A stretch of 64,000 nt of DNA, taken from a phage. Below the pieces are notes generated by a model. That model had not been told where the DNA came from and did not search any database. It saw only the letters and a list, made by a program, of their open reading frames with translations. Location: sequence record PZ154897.1. One strand, 5' to 3'. Numbering within the stretch: the stretch's first letter is position 1; each line of letters begins with the position of its first letter. Position numbers and translations under genes: made by a program. This document shows, one piece after another, positions 14,445 through 24,937 of the stretch.

Positions 14445-15125
14445 TTATTTTAATGTTACGAAAGAAGAATTGCGTGTTTCACGAATTAAAACTGATCCAT
14501 CACGATTAATGTAATAAATTAAGCTAAATAAAGTTTGGTGTGCTGACGCGTGTTCAAAACTAGTTGGGTGAGATTTCCAATCCGGAGTTTCAGCTATCCA
14601 TTGATAAATCCACCAAGGAACAGTGCAGAATCCTGGATTTTTTCCAATCAGCTGAAGATTCGGACTAAAGTTTTCCGGAAGAGTAAATACAGACGGCTTT
14701 TCAGATTCAATAATCTCAGCTACAGCCTTCTCGAATTTTTCTTCAACAAAAGGAGTATCTTCAATCAAAACATCGGTATTTTCGGGAATTTTATCCATTT
14801 CTACTACTTCAATTTTAATGTCAGATTTAACCGGAGAATCAATCAGAAGTGCTGCTTCTGGATTGACTTCTTCATCGTCATATTTTAATCCCTCTGCGGC
14901 ATCAGCAGCATCAATTAAGTCTTTAATAGATAACCCATCAGTCTCTGGCATAGGTTCACTAGCGAGCTTCTGGAGGGCTTCTTCAATATCAGCAACGATA
15001 TTATCAAAAGATTTATTCTTTTTGACCTTTATACCAAACTGTTCAGCATATTCAGCTAATTTAGCCTTAGCTTCTTTATTATCATCAAGAGCCTTCAGCT
15101 CTGCAATATAATCTTTATCTATCAT
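14445..15125 (-). CDS. inh: Inh, inhibitor of prohead protease
   Basis: 226-aa ORF between hoc and uvsW; synteny and length. Confidence 0.7.
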   Translation of the reverse strand: MIDKDYIAELKALDDNKEAKAKLAEYAEQFGIKVKKNKSFDNIVADIEEALQKLASEPMPETDGLSIKDLIDAADAAEGLKYDDEEVNPEAALLIDSPVKSDIKIEVVEMDKIPENTDVLIEDTPFVEEKFEKAVAEIIESEKPSVFTLPENFSPNLQLIGKNPGFCTVPWWIYQWIAETPDWKSHPTSFEHASAHQTLFSLIYYINRDGSVLIRETRNSSFVTLK

Positions 15126-15138
15126 AATATTTCCTCAG

Positions 15139-15146
15139 TATAAATA
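15139..15146 (+). promoter_or_regulatory. late promoter TATAAATA (PuvsW)
   Basis: Exact late consensus 30 nt upstream of uvsW. Confidence 0.65.
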
Positions 15147-15175
15147 TAGATATATTTATTACATGGTATTTAGAC

Positions 15176-16687
15176 ATGACTGACATTAAAGTACATTTTT
15201 ATGATTTTAGTCACGTGAGAATTGATTGTGAAGAAAGTACATTTCATGAACTCCGTGATTTCTTTAGCTTTGAAGCTGATGGGTATCGTTTTAATCCGAA
15301 GTACAGATATGGCCACTGGGATGGACGAATCCGTCTTTTAGATTATAATCGTCTTCTTCCATTCGGCTTAGTCGGGCAAATTAAAAAGTTCTGTGATAAC
15401 TTTGGCTATAAAGCCTGGATTGACCCACAAATTAACGAAAAAGAAGAATTATCAAGAAAAGATTTTGATGAATGGCTTTCTAAATTAGAAATCTATTCAG
15501 GAAATAAAAGAATTGAACCACACTGGTATCAAAAAGATGCAGTGTTCGAAGGATTAGTTAATCGTCGTAGAATTCTTAATCTTCCAACATCCGCTGGTAA
15601 ATCTTTAATTCAAGCTTTGCTTGCTCGATATTATTTGGAAAATTATGAAGGTAAAATTCTTATCATTGTTCCAACAACTGCTCTGACAACTCAGATGGCT
15701 GATGACTTTGTTGACTATCGTTTATTCAGTCATGCAATGATAAAGAAAATCGGTGGTGGAGCATCAAAAGATGATAAATATAAAAATGATGCACCGGTAA
15801 TTGTTGGTACATGGCAAACTGTAGTAAAACAACCAAAAGAATGGTTCTCACAGTTTGGAATGATGATGAATGATGAATGCCATCTTGCCACAGGAAAAAG
15901 TATTTCATCTATCATATCAGGTTTAAATAACTGCATGTTCAAATTCGGTTTGTCTGGTTCATTACGTGATGGCAAAGCCAATATCATGCAGTATGTTGGA
16001 ATGTTTGGTGAAATATTTAAGCCAGTAACGACTTCTAAATTAATGGAAGATGGACAAGTAACTGAGTTAAAAATTAATAGTATTTTTCTTCGTTATCCCG
16101 ATGAGTTCACTACTAAATTAAAGGGAAAAACTTACCAAGAAGAAATAAAAATTATTACTGGGCTCAGTAAAAGAAATAAATGGATCGCTAAATTAGCTAT
16201 TAAGCTTGCGCAAAAAGATGAAAACGCTTTTGTCATGTTTAAACATGTATCGCATGGTAAAGCTATTTTCGATTTAATTAAAAATGAATACGATAAAGTT
16301 TATTACGTATCAGGGGAAGTTGATACAGAAACCCGCAACGTAATGAAAACCTTAGCTGAAAATGGTAAAGGAATAATTATAGTAGCTAGTTATGGCGTAT
16401 TTTCTACTGGTATTTCAGTTAAAAATCTGCATCATGTTGTTTTAGCGCACGGCGTTAAATCAAAAATCATTGTATTACAAACAATCGGTCGTGTATTACG
16501 TAAGCATGGTTCTAAAACAATCGCAACAGTCTGGGACCTCATTGATGACGCGGGCGTAGTTTCTAAATCAAAAACATCTTCTAAAAAATACTCGCATTTA
16601 AACTATCTTTTAAAACACGGACTTGATCGTATTCAGCGTTATGCTGATGAGAAGTTTAATTATGTGATGAAAGAGGTTAAACTTTGA
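15176..16687 (+). CDS. uvsW: UvsW recombination/repair helicase (SF2)
   Basis: 503-aa ORF; Walker A TSAGKS, DECH box; T4 UvsW length. Confidence 0.9.
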   Translation: MTDIKVHFYDFSHVRIDCEESTFHELRDFFSFEADGYRFNPKYRYGHWDGRIRLLDYNRLLPFGLVGQIKKFCDNFGYKAWIDPQINEKEELSRKDFDEWLSKLEIYSGNKRIEPHWYQKDAVFEGLVNRRRILNLPTSAGKSLIQALLARYYLENYEGKILIIVPTTALTTQMADDFVDYRLFSHAMIKKIGGGASKDDKYKNDAPVIVGTWQTVVKQPKEWFSQFGMMMNDECHLATGKSISSIISGLNNCMFKFGLSGSLRDGKANIMQYVGMFGEIFKPVTTSKLMEDGQVTELKINSIFLRYPDEFTTKLKGKTYQEEIKIITGLSKRNKWIAKLAIKLAQKDENAFVMFKHVSHGKAIFDLIKNEYDKVYYVSGEVDTETRNVMKTLAENGKGIIIVASYGVFSTGISVKNLHHVVLAHGVKSKIIVLQTIGRVLRKHGSKTIATVWDLIDDAGVVSKSKTSSKKYSHLNYLLKHGLDRIQRYADEKFNYVMKEVKL

Positions 16688-17376
16688 ATTATAAATTAAT
16701 ATATGATAATTTAATTAATAGAGCCCAGAATCGGGCTCGCCTTAATGGATACACTGAAACTCATCATATAATTCCTAGATGTATGGGCGGTACAGATGAT
16801 AAGTGTAATTTGGTAGAACTAACAGCTGAAGAGCATTTTATAGCTCATAAACTTTTAGCTAAAATTCATCCAAACCATTACGGTATAATTAAAGCCGTTA
16901 TATGTATGGGGATGAATTCAAAGACTCATGAAAGACACGTTAATAAATCTTACGCCTGGGAACGTCGTAAAATGGCAGAACTTCAATCAGGTGAAGGTAA
17001 TCCATTTTACGGAAAACACCATACGGAAGAACATAAACAATATATGTCAAAACTCATGAAAAATCGTCCAATTACGTGGGGAAGTAAAATTAGTAAAACT
17101 AAAAGAATGAACCCAACAAAATGGACTGAAGAAGCTAAAAGATTGCATTCTATCAATCAATCAGGTAAAAATAATGGCATGTATGGAAGGAAACATTCCG
17201 CTAAATCTATTCAGAAAATTAAAGATAACATGCCAGATAATTCAGGAGCTAATAACCCAGCTGCTAAACCTATAGAAGTAAATGGTGTTAAGTATAAATG
17301 CATGAAAGATGCTTCTAAAGCTACTGGATTATCAATGTACAAACTAAGAATACTTAGAAAAACAGTTAATTTATAA
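16684..17376 (+). CDS. HNH homing endonuclease with NUMOD3-like repeats
   Basis: 230-aa ORF; HHIIPRCMGG...N...EH..AH HNH motif; NPFYGKHHTEEHK repeats; N-terminus paralogous to 43031-43762; TTG start overlapping uvsW stop. Confidence 0.8.
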   Translation: MNYKLIYDNLINRAQNRARLNGYTETHHIIPRCMGGTDDKCNLVELTAEEHFIAHKLLAKIHPNHYGIIKAVICMGMNSKTHERHVNKSYAWERRKMAELQSGEGNPFYGKHHTEEHKQYMSKLMKNRPITWGSKISKTKRMNPTKWTEEAKRLHSINQSGKNNGMYGRKHSAKSIQKIKDNMPDNSGANNPAAKPIEVNGVKYKCMKDASKATGLSMYKLRILRKTVNL

Positions 17377-17390
17377 GGGCTTCGGCCCTT
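17376..17390 (+). terminator. hairpin after HNH gene
   Basis: AGGGC-TTCG-GCCCT stem-loop overlapping stop codon. Confidence 0.5.
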
Positions 17391-17401
17391 TGGAGAAAAA
17401 G

Positions 17402-17632
17402 ATGTTACTAAAATTTAAACAATTTCTTTATGAAGCTTCTATTGATGAATTTATGGGTAAAATTGCCTCTTGTCAAACATTAGAAGGTCTAGAAGAACTT
17501 GAAGCTTATTATAAGAAAAGAGTCAAAGAAACTGAATTAAAAGATACTGATGACATCTCTGTCAGAGATGCTTTGGCAGGAAAAAGAGCTGAATTAGAAG
17601 ATTCAGACGATGAAGTAGAAGAAAGCTTTTAA
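17402..17632 (+). CDS. uvsW.1: UvsW.1 small acidic protein
   Basis: 76 aa from ATG at 17402; matches T4 UvsW.1 length. Confidence 0.7.
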   Translation: MLLKFKQFLYEASIDEFMGKIASCQTLEGLEELEAYYKKRVKETELKDTDDISVRDALAGKRAELEDSDDEVEESF

Positions 17633-17687
17633 ATTAAAAAAGGCCCAACCAAAAAGGAAGGGCCAAAACTATAGACTAAAGGTCACA

Positions 17688-17855
17688 CTATAGCAAAAGT
17701 TGTGTTTCATTTAATTGTTCTTCCGAACTTTCTGAAACTGGTAGTTCTTTAATGTAATTATAGCAAGGCCCAGGATGTACAGGACCTTTGTCTGTTTCAA
17801 CAACCAATGCAGAATCGATTGGAGTTTTACAGACAACACAAATCTTATCTGACAT
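17688..17855 (-). CDS. small Cys-rich (CxxC...PxPC) protein, uvsY.-1 position
   Basis: 55-codon ORF found by manual translation (below ORF-track cutoff); zinc-ribbon-like CVVC...GPC. Confidence 0.45.
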   Translation of the reverse strand: MSDKICVVCKTPIDSALVVETDKGPVHPGPCYNYIKELPVSESSEEQLNETQLLL

Positions 17856-17883
17856 GATTGTCTCCTCTAAATTATATATCTAT

Positions 17884-18108
17884 TTATATAACTCTCATAT
17901 GCATATCAATGCCCATATCTTTAGAATAAAAATATTCATCAAGATATCCGGCAAATTTTCCTTTAATATAAAGGACATCTTCACCACACGGGTGATCGGC
18001 CAGGATACGAATATCCTGACGCTTAAGATTATACTTTTTCATTAAGAATTGAATTTCCGTTTCAAATTCTTCTTCATAATTAAAAGCATCATCAATGCTA
18101 TATCTCAT
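17884..18108 (-). CDS. hypothetical protein (uvsY.-2 position)
   Basis: 74-aa ORF abutting uvsY; synteny. Confidence 0.55.
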   Translation of the reverse strand: MRYSIDDAFNYEEEFETEIQFLMKKYNLKRQDIRILADHPCGEDVLYIKGKFAGYLDEYFYSKDMGIDMHMRVI

Positions 18109-18521
18109 TATTTTCCAGCCTCAAATGCCCGCATGTCTTGAATATGCTTAATAGCAAATCCACGTGATTTAATAGCATCAAGAGCTCCGCTACAGAAATC
18201 CAATAAAATCCCCCAATACTGTAACGAGGTATCAACCTTTAAAACATCCTTATCAGCTGATAGAACTGTCTTCATTTCTGATTTCTCGTAACGATCCATA
18301 CTAAATTCATCACCATCTCCTCGTCCCGAGTAGTAGTCTAATCTAGCTTTAAGAGCAACTTTTTTCTGTGCGTCAATTCTAAGCATTTCCTTTTTAATAC
18401 TTGAATGCTTATTAAGCCATTTACTATATAACATCACATTATTAGCTGCTTCATACTGTAATTTAGTCGAATCTATAAACACATCTTTCTTCAATTCTTC
18501 TTGAAGATCTTCTAATCTCAT
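18108..18521 (-). CDS. uvsY: UvsY recombination mediator
   Basis: 137-aa ORF; T4 UvsY length; synteny. Confidence 0.9.
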   Translation of the reverse strand: MRLEDLQEELKKDVFIDSTKLQYEAANNVMLYSKWLNKHSSIKKEMLRIDAQKKVALKARLDYYSGRGDGDEFSMDRYEKSEMKTVLSADKDVLKVDTSLQYWGILLDFCSGALDAIKSRGFAIKHIQDMRAFEAGK

Positions 18522-18561
18522 ATTGTTCTCTATTCAATTGTTATTGGATGGACTTAGATTC

Positions 18562-18590
18562 ATTATACCACGTTTATACGTGAAGCATTA
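18562..18590 (-). promoter_or_regulatory. middle promoter (MotA box TGCTTCA, 13-nt spacer, TATAAT) for uvsY
   Basis: Minus-strand ataaTGCTTCAcgtataaacgtggTATAAT upstream of uvsY start. Confidence 0.65.
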
Positions 18591-18986
18591 TACTCTGTTA
18601 CTGGAAGCCAGTTGTAGTTTTATCTGCTCAATGTCATCAGGGTTATCGATGACCGAAAAGCGTATTTCTACTATCAGAGTATAATCATCATAAACTGGTA
18701 TCACATTAACTGATAATTTATCAATACGTGGCTCATAGTTTCTTACTGCGCTTTCAATATTGCGCTCAACTGTGTCAGCAGTAAGAGGAGTCATATTTTC
18801 AAAAAGCTGGTCTGATAAATCACATCCAAATTCAGGGTCAAACGGTCTTGAACCTTTTCTTGTTGTAATAATTCCCAAAAGACTGTTTTTAATTGACCTT
18901 AATCCAAGTGATCTGGAAACATCTTTGTTCCAATCAATTTTCATTTCCGGGTCAATATCAGAATAAAGCTTATTAATATTTGCCAT
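18588..18986 (-). CDS. 25: baseplate wedge protein gp25
   Basis: 132-aa ORF; T4 gp25 length; synteny. Confidence 0.9.
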   Translation of the reverse strand: MANINKLYSDIDPEMKIDWNKDVSRSLGLRSIKNSLLGIITTRKGSRPFDPEFGCDLSDQLFENMTPLTADTVERNIESAVRNYEPRIDKLSVNVIPVYDDYTLIVEIRFSVIDNPDDIEQIKLQLASSNRV

Positions 18987-19612
18987 TATAGTAACTCAAA
19001 GAACTCTTTGAGGCCTCTTATTACGTGAGCATGGGTTTTTCCACACTCTGGACACTTAATTGGAACAGCCAAATAAACGGTAGGTTTTAAAAGCATATCT
19101 TTTATAGCTACAATATCTGACTCTGTGATGATAGAATATAAATCTTCTAGTTCCTTTTCATTTAAGTCTTCAACTGGAATGCTTTCCCCGTTAGCATGAA
19201 TCGTTTCTATGCATGATACTATCATGTGGGCTATATTTTTATCATCAAAAATTTTAGGGTATCGGAATTTAATTTTAATGTCACCCAGTGTATACCAGAG
19301 GTCTTCTGGTGCATCTATTTGTGTATGTAATAGATTTATATGAGTTGGTATTTCAGTTCCACAGGTGCACTTCCAGGAGTTTTCGTGATTAACTTCGCCG
19401 AGAGAATGTGCCCATAAATGAATCAACAATAGTTCTGATTCTTGGCGGTTTAAATCTTTTGCATTTGTGCAGTCTTTGATTAGCTTTTTAACAATTACTT
19501 CTACAGAACCATTATTTTTGGCAGTAATAAGTTCTAGATATTCTTTAAGCGTGAATGCGCGACAATTGATTATTTTAGAACCAACTCTCACATCAAATTT
19601 GTATTCATACAT
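18986..19612 (-). CDS. 26: baseplate hub protein gp26
   Basis: 208-aa ORF; T4 gp26 length. Confidence 0.85.
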   Translation of the reverse strand: MYEYKFDVRVGSKIINCRAFTLKEYLELITAKNNGSVEVIVKKLIKDCTNAKDLNRQESELLLIHLWAHSLGEVNHENSWKCTCGTEIPTHINLLHTQIDAPEDLWYTLGDIKIKFRYPKIFDDKNIAHMIVSCIETIHANGESIPVEDLNEKELEDLYSIITESDIVAIKDMLLKPTVYLAVPIKCPECGKTHAHVIRGLKEFFELL

Positions 19613-19633
19613 ATTTAGCTCCTTTATTTATCA

Positions 19634-19645
19634 TATTTATAAATA
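19634..19645. promoter_or_regulatory. divergent overlapping late promoters (TATTTATAAATA) for 26 (-) and 51 (+)
   Basis: Palindromic element gives TATAAATA on both strands between divergent late genes. Confidence 0.65.
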
Positions 19646-19662
19646 GAATAAAAGGAGCATCT

Positions 19663-20412
19663 ATGGCAAACATTATTCGTTGTAAATTACCAGATGGTGT
19701 TCATCGTTTTAAACCATTTACGGTAGAAGATTATCGAGATTTTTTGTTAGTTCGAAACGATATAGAACATCGGTCACCACAAGAACAAAAAGAAATAATT
19801 ACTGATTTAATTGATGATTATTTTGGAGACTATCCGAAGACTTGGCAACCATTTATATTTTTGCAGGTATTTGTAGGGTCGATAGGTAAAACAAAAGTAC
19901 CAGTCACATTCGTATGTCCAAAATGTAAAAAAGAAAAGACAGTTCCATTTGAAATATATCAAAAAGAATTAAAGGAACCTATTTTTGATGTAGCTAATGT
20001 TAAAATTAAATTAAAATTTCCTTCTGAGTTTTATGAAAATAAAGCAAAGATGATTACTGAAAATATTCATTCTGTTCAAGTAAATGAAATATGGTATGAT
20101 TGGAAGGAAATTAGCGAGTCCAGTCAAATAAAACTCGTTGACGCCATCGAGATAGAAACATTAGAAAAAATTCTCGATGCAATGAATCCTATTAATTTAA
20201 CTCTACATATGTCATGCTGTAATAAGTACATTAAAAAATACACTGATATAGTAGACGTGTTTAAGCTATTAGTTAACCCAGATGAGATATTTACTTTTTA
20301 TCAAATTAATCACACACTCGTAAAAAGTAATTATAGCTTAAATTCAATAATGAAAATGATTCCTGCTGAGCGCGGATTCGTATTAAAACTGATTGAGAAG
20401 GATAAACAATAA
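19663..20412 (+). CDS. 51: baseplate hub assembly protein gp51
   Basis: 249-aa ORF; T4 gp51 length. Confidence 0.85.
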   Translation: MANIIRCKLPDGVHRFKPFTVEDYRDFLLVRNDIEHRSPQEQKEIITDLIDDYFGDYPKTWQPFIFLQVFVGSIGKTKVPVTFVCPKCKKEKTVPFEIYQKELKEPIFDVANVKIKLKFPSEFYENKAKMITENIHSVQVNEIWYDWKEISESSQIKLVDAIEIETLEKILDAMNPINLTLHMSCCNKYIKKYTDIVDVFKLLVNPDEIFTFYQINHTLVKSNYSLNSIMKMIPAERGFVLKLIEKDKQ

Positions 20413-21587
20413 TGAGTATGTTGCAACGCCCAGGATATCCAAATCTCAGCGTTAAATTATTTGATAGCTACGACGCTTGGAGTAATAATAGATTTGTTGA
20501 ATTAGCTGCTACTATTACCACATTAACTATGCGGGATTCTCTTTATGGCCGAAATGAAGGAATGCTGCAGTTTTATGATTCTAAAAATATCCATACAAAA
20601 ATTGATGGAAATGAAATAATTCAGATTTCTGTAGCTAATGCAAATGATATTAATAATGTTAAAACAAGAATTTATGGATGTAAGCATTTTTCTGTGTCAG
20701 TAGATTCAAAGGGTGATAACATCATTGCTATTGAATTGGGAACTATTCATTCTATAGAAAATCTTAAATTTGGTAGACCATTTTTCCCTGATGCAGGTGA
20801 ATCTATAAAAGAAATGCTTGGCGTCATTTATCAAGACCGTACATTATTAACTCCAGCGATAAATGCTATAAATGCTTATGTTCCTGATATTCCATGGACT
20901 AGCACATTTGAAAACTATTTGTCATATGTAAGAGAAGTTGGTCTAGCTGTAGGAAGTGACAAATTTGTGTTTGTGTGGCAAGACATCATGGGAGTTAACA
21001 TGATGGACTATGATATGATGATAAATCAAGAACCGTATCCAATGATTGTCGGTGAGCCATCTTTAATAGGTCAATTCATCCAAGAATTAAAATATCCATT
21101 AGCATATGATTTCGTTTGGTTGACTAAATCGAATCCTCACAAACGTGACCCAATGAAAAACGCTACTATCTATGCGCATTCATTTTTAGATTCTTCATTG
21201 CCAATGATTACTACAGGAAAGGGCGAAAACTCTATTGTAGTGTCAAGGTCAGGTGCTTATTCTGAAATGACTTATAGGAATGGATATGAAGAAGCTATTC
21301 GTCTTCAAACTATGGCACAATACGATGGCTATGCTAAATGTTCTACTGTCGGTAATTTTAACTTGACTCCTGGCGTTAAAATTATTTTTAACGATAGTAA
21401 AAACCAATTTAAAACAGAATTTTACGTTGATGAAGTCATCCATGAATTATCTAATAATAATTCAGTAACTCATCTATATATGTTCACTAATGCAACGAAA
21501 CTGGAAACAATAGACCCAGTTAAGGTTAAAAATGAATTTAAATCTGATACTACCACTGAAGAAAGTAGTTCTTCCAATAAGCAATAA
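20412..21587 (+). CDS. 27: baseplate hub protein gp27
   Basis: 391-aa ORF; T4 gp27 length. Confidence 0.9.
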   Translation: MSMLQRPGYPNLSVKLFDSYDAWSNNRFVELAATITTLTMRDSLYGRNEGMLQFYDSKNIHTKIDGNEIIQISVANANDINNVKTRIYGCKHFSVSVDSKGDNIIAIELGTIHSIENLKFGRPFFPDAGESIKEMLGVIYQDRTLLTPAINAINAYVPDIPWTSTFENYLSYVREVGLAVGSDKFVFVWQDIMGVNMMDYDMMINQEPYPMIVGEPSLIGQFIQELKYPLAYDFVWLTKSNPHKRDPMKNATIYAHSFLDSSLPMITTGKGENSIVVSRSGAYSEMTYRNGYEEAIRLQTMAQYDGYAKCSTVGNFNLTPGVKIIFNDSKNQFKTEFYVDEVIHELSNNNSVTHLYMFTNATKLETIDPVKVKNEFKSDTTTEESSSSNKQ

Positions 21588-22065
21588 AGAAGTTTCTATT
21601 CCTAAAATGGGTCTTAAACATTATAACATTTTAAAGGATGTTAAAGGTCCTGATGAAAATTTAAAACTTCTTATTGATTCTATTTGTCCGAATTTATCGC
21701 CGGCAGAAGTTGATTTCGTTTCTATTCATTTATTGGAATTTAATGGAAAGATTAAATCTCGTAAAGAAATAGATAGTTATACTTATGACATTAATGATGT
21801 CTATGTATGCCAAAGATTAGAATTTCAATACCAAGGAAATACATTTTATTTTAGACCTCCTGGAAAATTTGAACAATTTTTAACTGTGAGCGATATGTTA
21901 TCCAAATGCTTGCTTAAGGTCAATGATGAAGTTAAAGAAATTAATTTTCTTGAGATGCCAGCATTCGTTTTAAAATGGGCAAATGATATTTTTACAACTT
22001 TAGCAATTCCTGGCCCTAATGGTCCAATAACCGGAATTGGCAATATTATTGGATTATTTGAATGA
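21532..22065 (+). CDS. 28: baseplate hub distal protein gp28
   Basis: 177-aa ORF overlapping gene 27 end; T4 gp28 length. Confidence 0.8.
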   Translation: MNLNLILPLKKVVLPISNKEVSIPKMGLKHYNILKDVKGPDENLKLLIDSICPNLSPAEVDFVSIHLLEFNGKIKSRKEIDSYTYDINDVYVCQRLEFQYQGNTFYFRPPGKFEQFLTVSDMLSKCLLKVNDEVKEINFLEMPAFVLKWANDIFTTLAIPGPNGPITGIGNIIGLFE

Positions 22066-23834
22066 AAAAGCCACAAGAAATGCAAACGATGCGTAGAAAA
22101 GTTATTTCAGATAATAAACCAACACAGGAAGCGGCTAAATCCGCTTCTAACACTTTATCTGGACTTAACGATATATCTACGAAATTGGATGATGCTCAAG
22201 CTGCTTCTGAGTTAATTGCTCAAACTGTCGAAGAAAAATCGAATGAAATAATTGGAGCAATTGACAACGTAGAAAGCGCAGTGAGTGATACTACTGCTGG
22301 TTCTGAGTTAATTGCTGAAACCGTTGAAATTGGCAATAATATTAATAAAGAAATCGGTGAATCACTCGGGAGCAAATTAGATAAATTAACAAGTTTACTA
22401 GAGCAAAAAATTCAGACAGCTGGAATTCAACAAACAGGAACTAGTTTAGCCACGGTTGAAAGCGCTATTCCTGTTAAAGTTGTTGAGGACGATACAGCTG
22501 AATCTGTGGGTCCTTTATTACCGGCTCCTGAAGCAGTTAATAATGATCCTGATGCTGATTTTTTCCCTACCCCTCAGCCAGTCGAACCTAAACAAGAATC
22601 GCCAGAAGAAAAACAGAAAAAAGACGCATTTAACTTAAAATTATCTCAAGCTTTAGATAAATTAACAAAGACTGTTGATTTCGGATTTAAGAAATCTATT
22701 TCAATTACTGATAAAATATCAAGCATGCTATTTAAGTATACCGTCAGTGCTGCTATTGAAGCTGCTAAAATGACTGCAATGATATTGGCTGTTGTTGTTG
22801 GAATAGATCTACTGATGGTTCATTTCAAATATTGGTCAGATAAATTTTCGCAGGCTTGGGATTTGTTTAGTACAGACTTTACTAAATTCTCTAGCGAAAC
22901 CGGAACATGGGGTCCTTTATTACAAAGCATCTTTGGTTCTATTGATAAAATTAAGAAGCTGTGGGAAGCTGGAGATTGGGGCGGATTGACAGCAGCTATT
23001 GTAGAAGGACTTGGAAAGGTTCTTTTTAATTTAGGAGAGCTTATTCAGCTTGGAATGGCTAAATTATCTGCTGCAATTCTTCGAGTCATTCCTGGCATGA
23101 AGGATACCGCTGATGAAGTAGAAGGAAGAGCACTAGAAAATTTCCAAAATACTACAAATGCTTCTCTTAACAAAGAAGACCAAGAAAAAGTTGCAAACTA
23201 TCAATATAAAAGAATGAATGGAGAACTTGGTCCGATAGCAAAAGGACTAGACAAAATTGCGAACTGGAAAACTCGTGCATCTAACTGGATTCGTGGTGTT
23301 GATAATAAAGAAGCACTAACGACTGATGAAGAGAGAGCAGATGAAGAAGAAAAATTAAAGCAACTTTCTCCGGAGGAAGCTAAAATTGCTTTAATGAAAG
23401 CTAATGAAGCTCGTGCTGCTATGAATCGTTTTGATGAATATGCTAATTCAGCTGATATGAGTAAAGATTCAACAGTTAAATCAGTTGAATCTGCCTATGA
23501 AGACCTTAAAAAACGGATGGATGACCCGGATTTAAATAATTCACCGGCAGTTAAAAAAGAACTTGCTGCTAGATTTTCTAAAATTGATGCTACTTATCAA
23601 GAGCTCAAGAAAAATCAGCCTAATGCCAAACCTCAAACTTCTGCTAAATCGCCAGAAGCAAAACAAGTCCAGGTAATAGAAAAGAACAAAGCACAGCAAG
23701 CTCCTGTTCAACAAGCATCTCCTTCGATCAATAATACTAATAATGTTGTTAAGAAAAATACTGTCGTTCATAATATGACACCTGTAACAAGCACAACTGC
23801 TCCTGGTGTATTTGATGCGACTGGAGTTAATTAA
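22062..23834 (+). CDS. 29: tail tube tape-measure / baseplate hub protein gp29
   Basis: 590-aa ORF; T4 gp29 length. Confidence 0.9.
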   Translation: MKKPQEMQTMRRKVISDNKPTQEAAKSASNTLSGLNDISTKLDDAQAASELIAQTVEEKSNEIIGAIDNVESAVSDTTAGSELIAETVEIGNNINKEIGESLGSKLDKLTSLLEQKIQTAGIQQTGTSLATVESAIPVKVVEDDTAESVGPLLPAPEAVNNDPDADFFPTPQPVEPKQESPEEKQKKDAFNLKLSQALDKLTKTVDFGFKKSISITDKISSMLFKYTVSAAIEAAKMTAMILAVVVGIDLLMVHFKYWSDKFSQAWDLFSTDFTKFSSETGTWGPLLQSIFGSIDKIKKLWEAGDWGGLTAAIVEGLGKVLFNLGELIQLGMAKLSAAILRVIPGMKDTADEVEGRALENFQNTTNASLNKEDQEKVANYQYKRMNGELGPIAKGLDKIANWKTRASNWIRGVDNKEALTTDEERADEEEKLKQLSPEEAKIALMKANEARAAMNRFDEYANSADMSKDSTVKSVESAYEDLKKRMDDPDLNNSPAVKKELAARFSKIDATYQELKKNQPNAKPQTSAKSPEAKQVQVIEKNKAQQAPVQQASPSINNTNNVVKKNTVVHNMTPVTSTTAPGVFDATGVN

Positions 23835-23842
23835 GGAATAAT

Positions 23843-24937
23843 ATGGCAATTGTTAAAGAAATAACTACTGATTTAATTAAAAAGTCCGGTGAGAAAATTT
23901 CAGCCGGACAGAGTACTAAATCAGAAGTAGTAACTAAAACATACACTGCCCAGTTTCCAACTGGGCGTGCTAGTGGTAATGACACTACAGGGGACTTCCA
24001 GGTAACAGATCTATATAAGAATGGATTATTATTTACTGCATACAATATGTCATCTAGGGATTCTGGAAGTCTTAGATCGATGAGATCTAACTACTCTTCT
24101 TCATCTTCGAGTATTTTAAGTACAGCTAAAAACACTATTAGTAGTACAGTATCAAAACTATCAAATGGATTAATATCAAATAATAATTCAGGAACAATAA
24201 GTAAAGCTCCTGTCGCAAATATTCTTTTACCGAGATCTAAATCTGATGTTGATACATCATCACATAGATTTAATGATGTTCAAGAAAGTCTTATTAGCAG
24301 AGGCGGAGGTACTGCTACTGGTGTGCTAAGTAATATTGCTTCAACCGCAGTATTTGGGGCACTGGAAAGTATAACACAAGGCATAATGGCTGATAATAAT
24401 GAACAGATTTATACGACAGCCAGAAGTATGTATGGTGGTGCTGAAAATAGAACTAAAGTGTTTACATGGGATTTGACTCCACGTTCAACAGAAGATTTAA
24501 TGGCTATTATTAATATCTATCAATATTTTAACTATTTTTCTTATGGTGAAACGGGTAAATCTCAATATGCTGCTGAAATAAAGGGGTATTTAGATGATTG
24601 GTATCGTTCTACGTTAATTGAACCTTTATCTCCGGAAGACGCAGCTAAAAATAAAACACTATTTGAGAAAATGACAGCAAGTTTAACGAACGTTCTTGTA
24701 GTTTCAAACCCGACAGTTTGGATGGTGAAAAACTTTGGCGCAACATCTAAGTTTGATGGAAAAACGGAAATATTTGGTCCATGCCAAATACAGAGCATTA
24801 GATTTGATAAAACACCTAATGGTAACTTTAACGGATTAGCTATTGCTCCAAACCTCCCTAGTACATTTACTCTCGAGATTACTATGAGAGAAATTATCAC
24901 GTTAAACCGTGCTTCTTTATATGCGGGGACTTTTTAA
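23843..24937 (+). CDS. 48: baseplate tail-tube cap gp48
   Basis: 364-aa ORF; T4 gp48 length. Confidence 0.9.
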   Translation: MAIVKEITTDLIKKSGEKISAGQSTKSEVVTKTYTAQFPTGRASGNDTTGDFQVTDLYKNGLLFTAYNMSSRDSGSLRSMRSNYSSSSSSILSTAKNTISSTVSKLSNGLISNNNSGTISKAPVANILLPRSKSDVDTSSHRFNDVQESLISRGGGTATGVLSNIASTAVFGALESITQGIMADNNEQIYTTARSMYGGAENRTKVFTWDLTPRSTEDLMAIINIYQYFNYFSYGETGKSQYAAEIKGYLDDWYRSTLIEPLSPEDAAKNKTLFEKMTASLTNVLVVSNPTVWMVKNFGATSKFDGKTEIFGPCQIQSIRFDKTPNGNFNGLAIAPNLPSTFTLEITMREIITLNRASLYAGTF

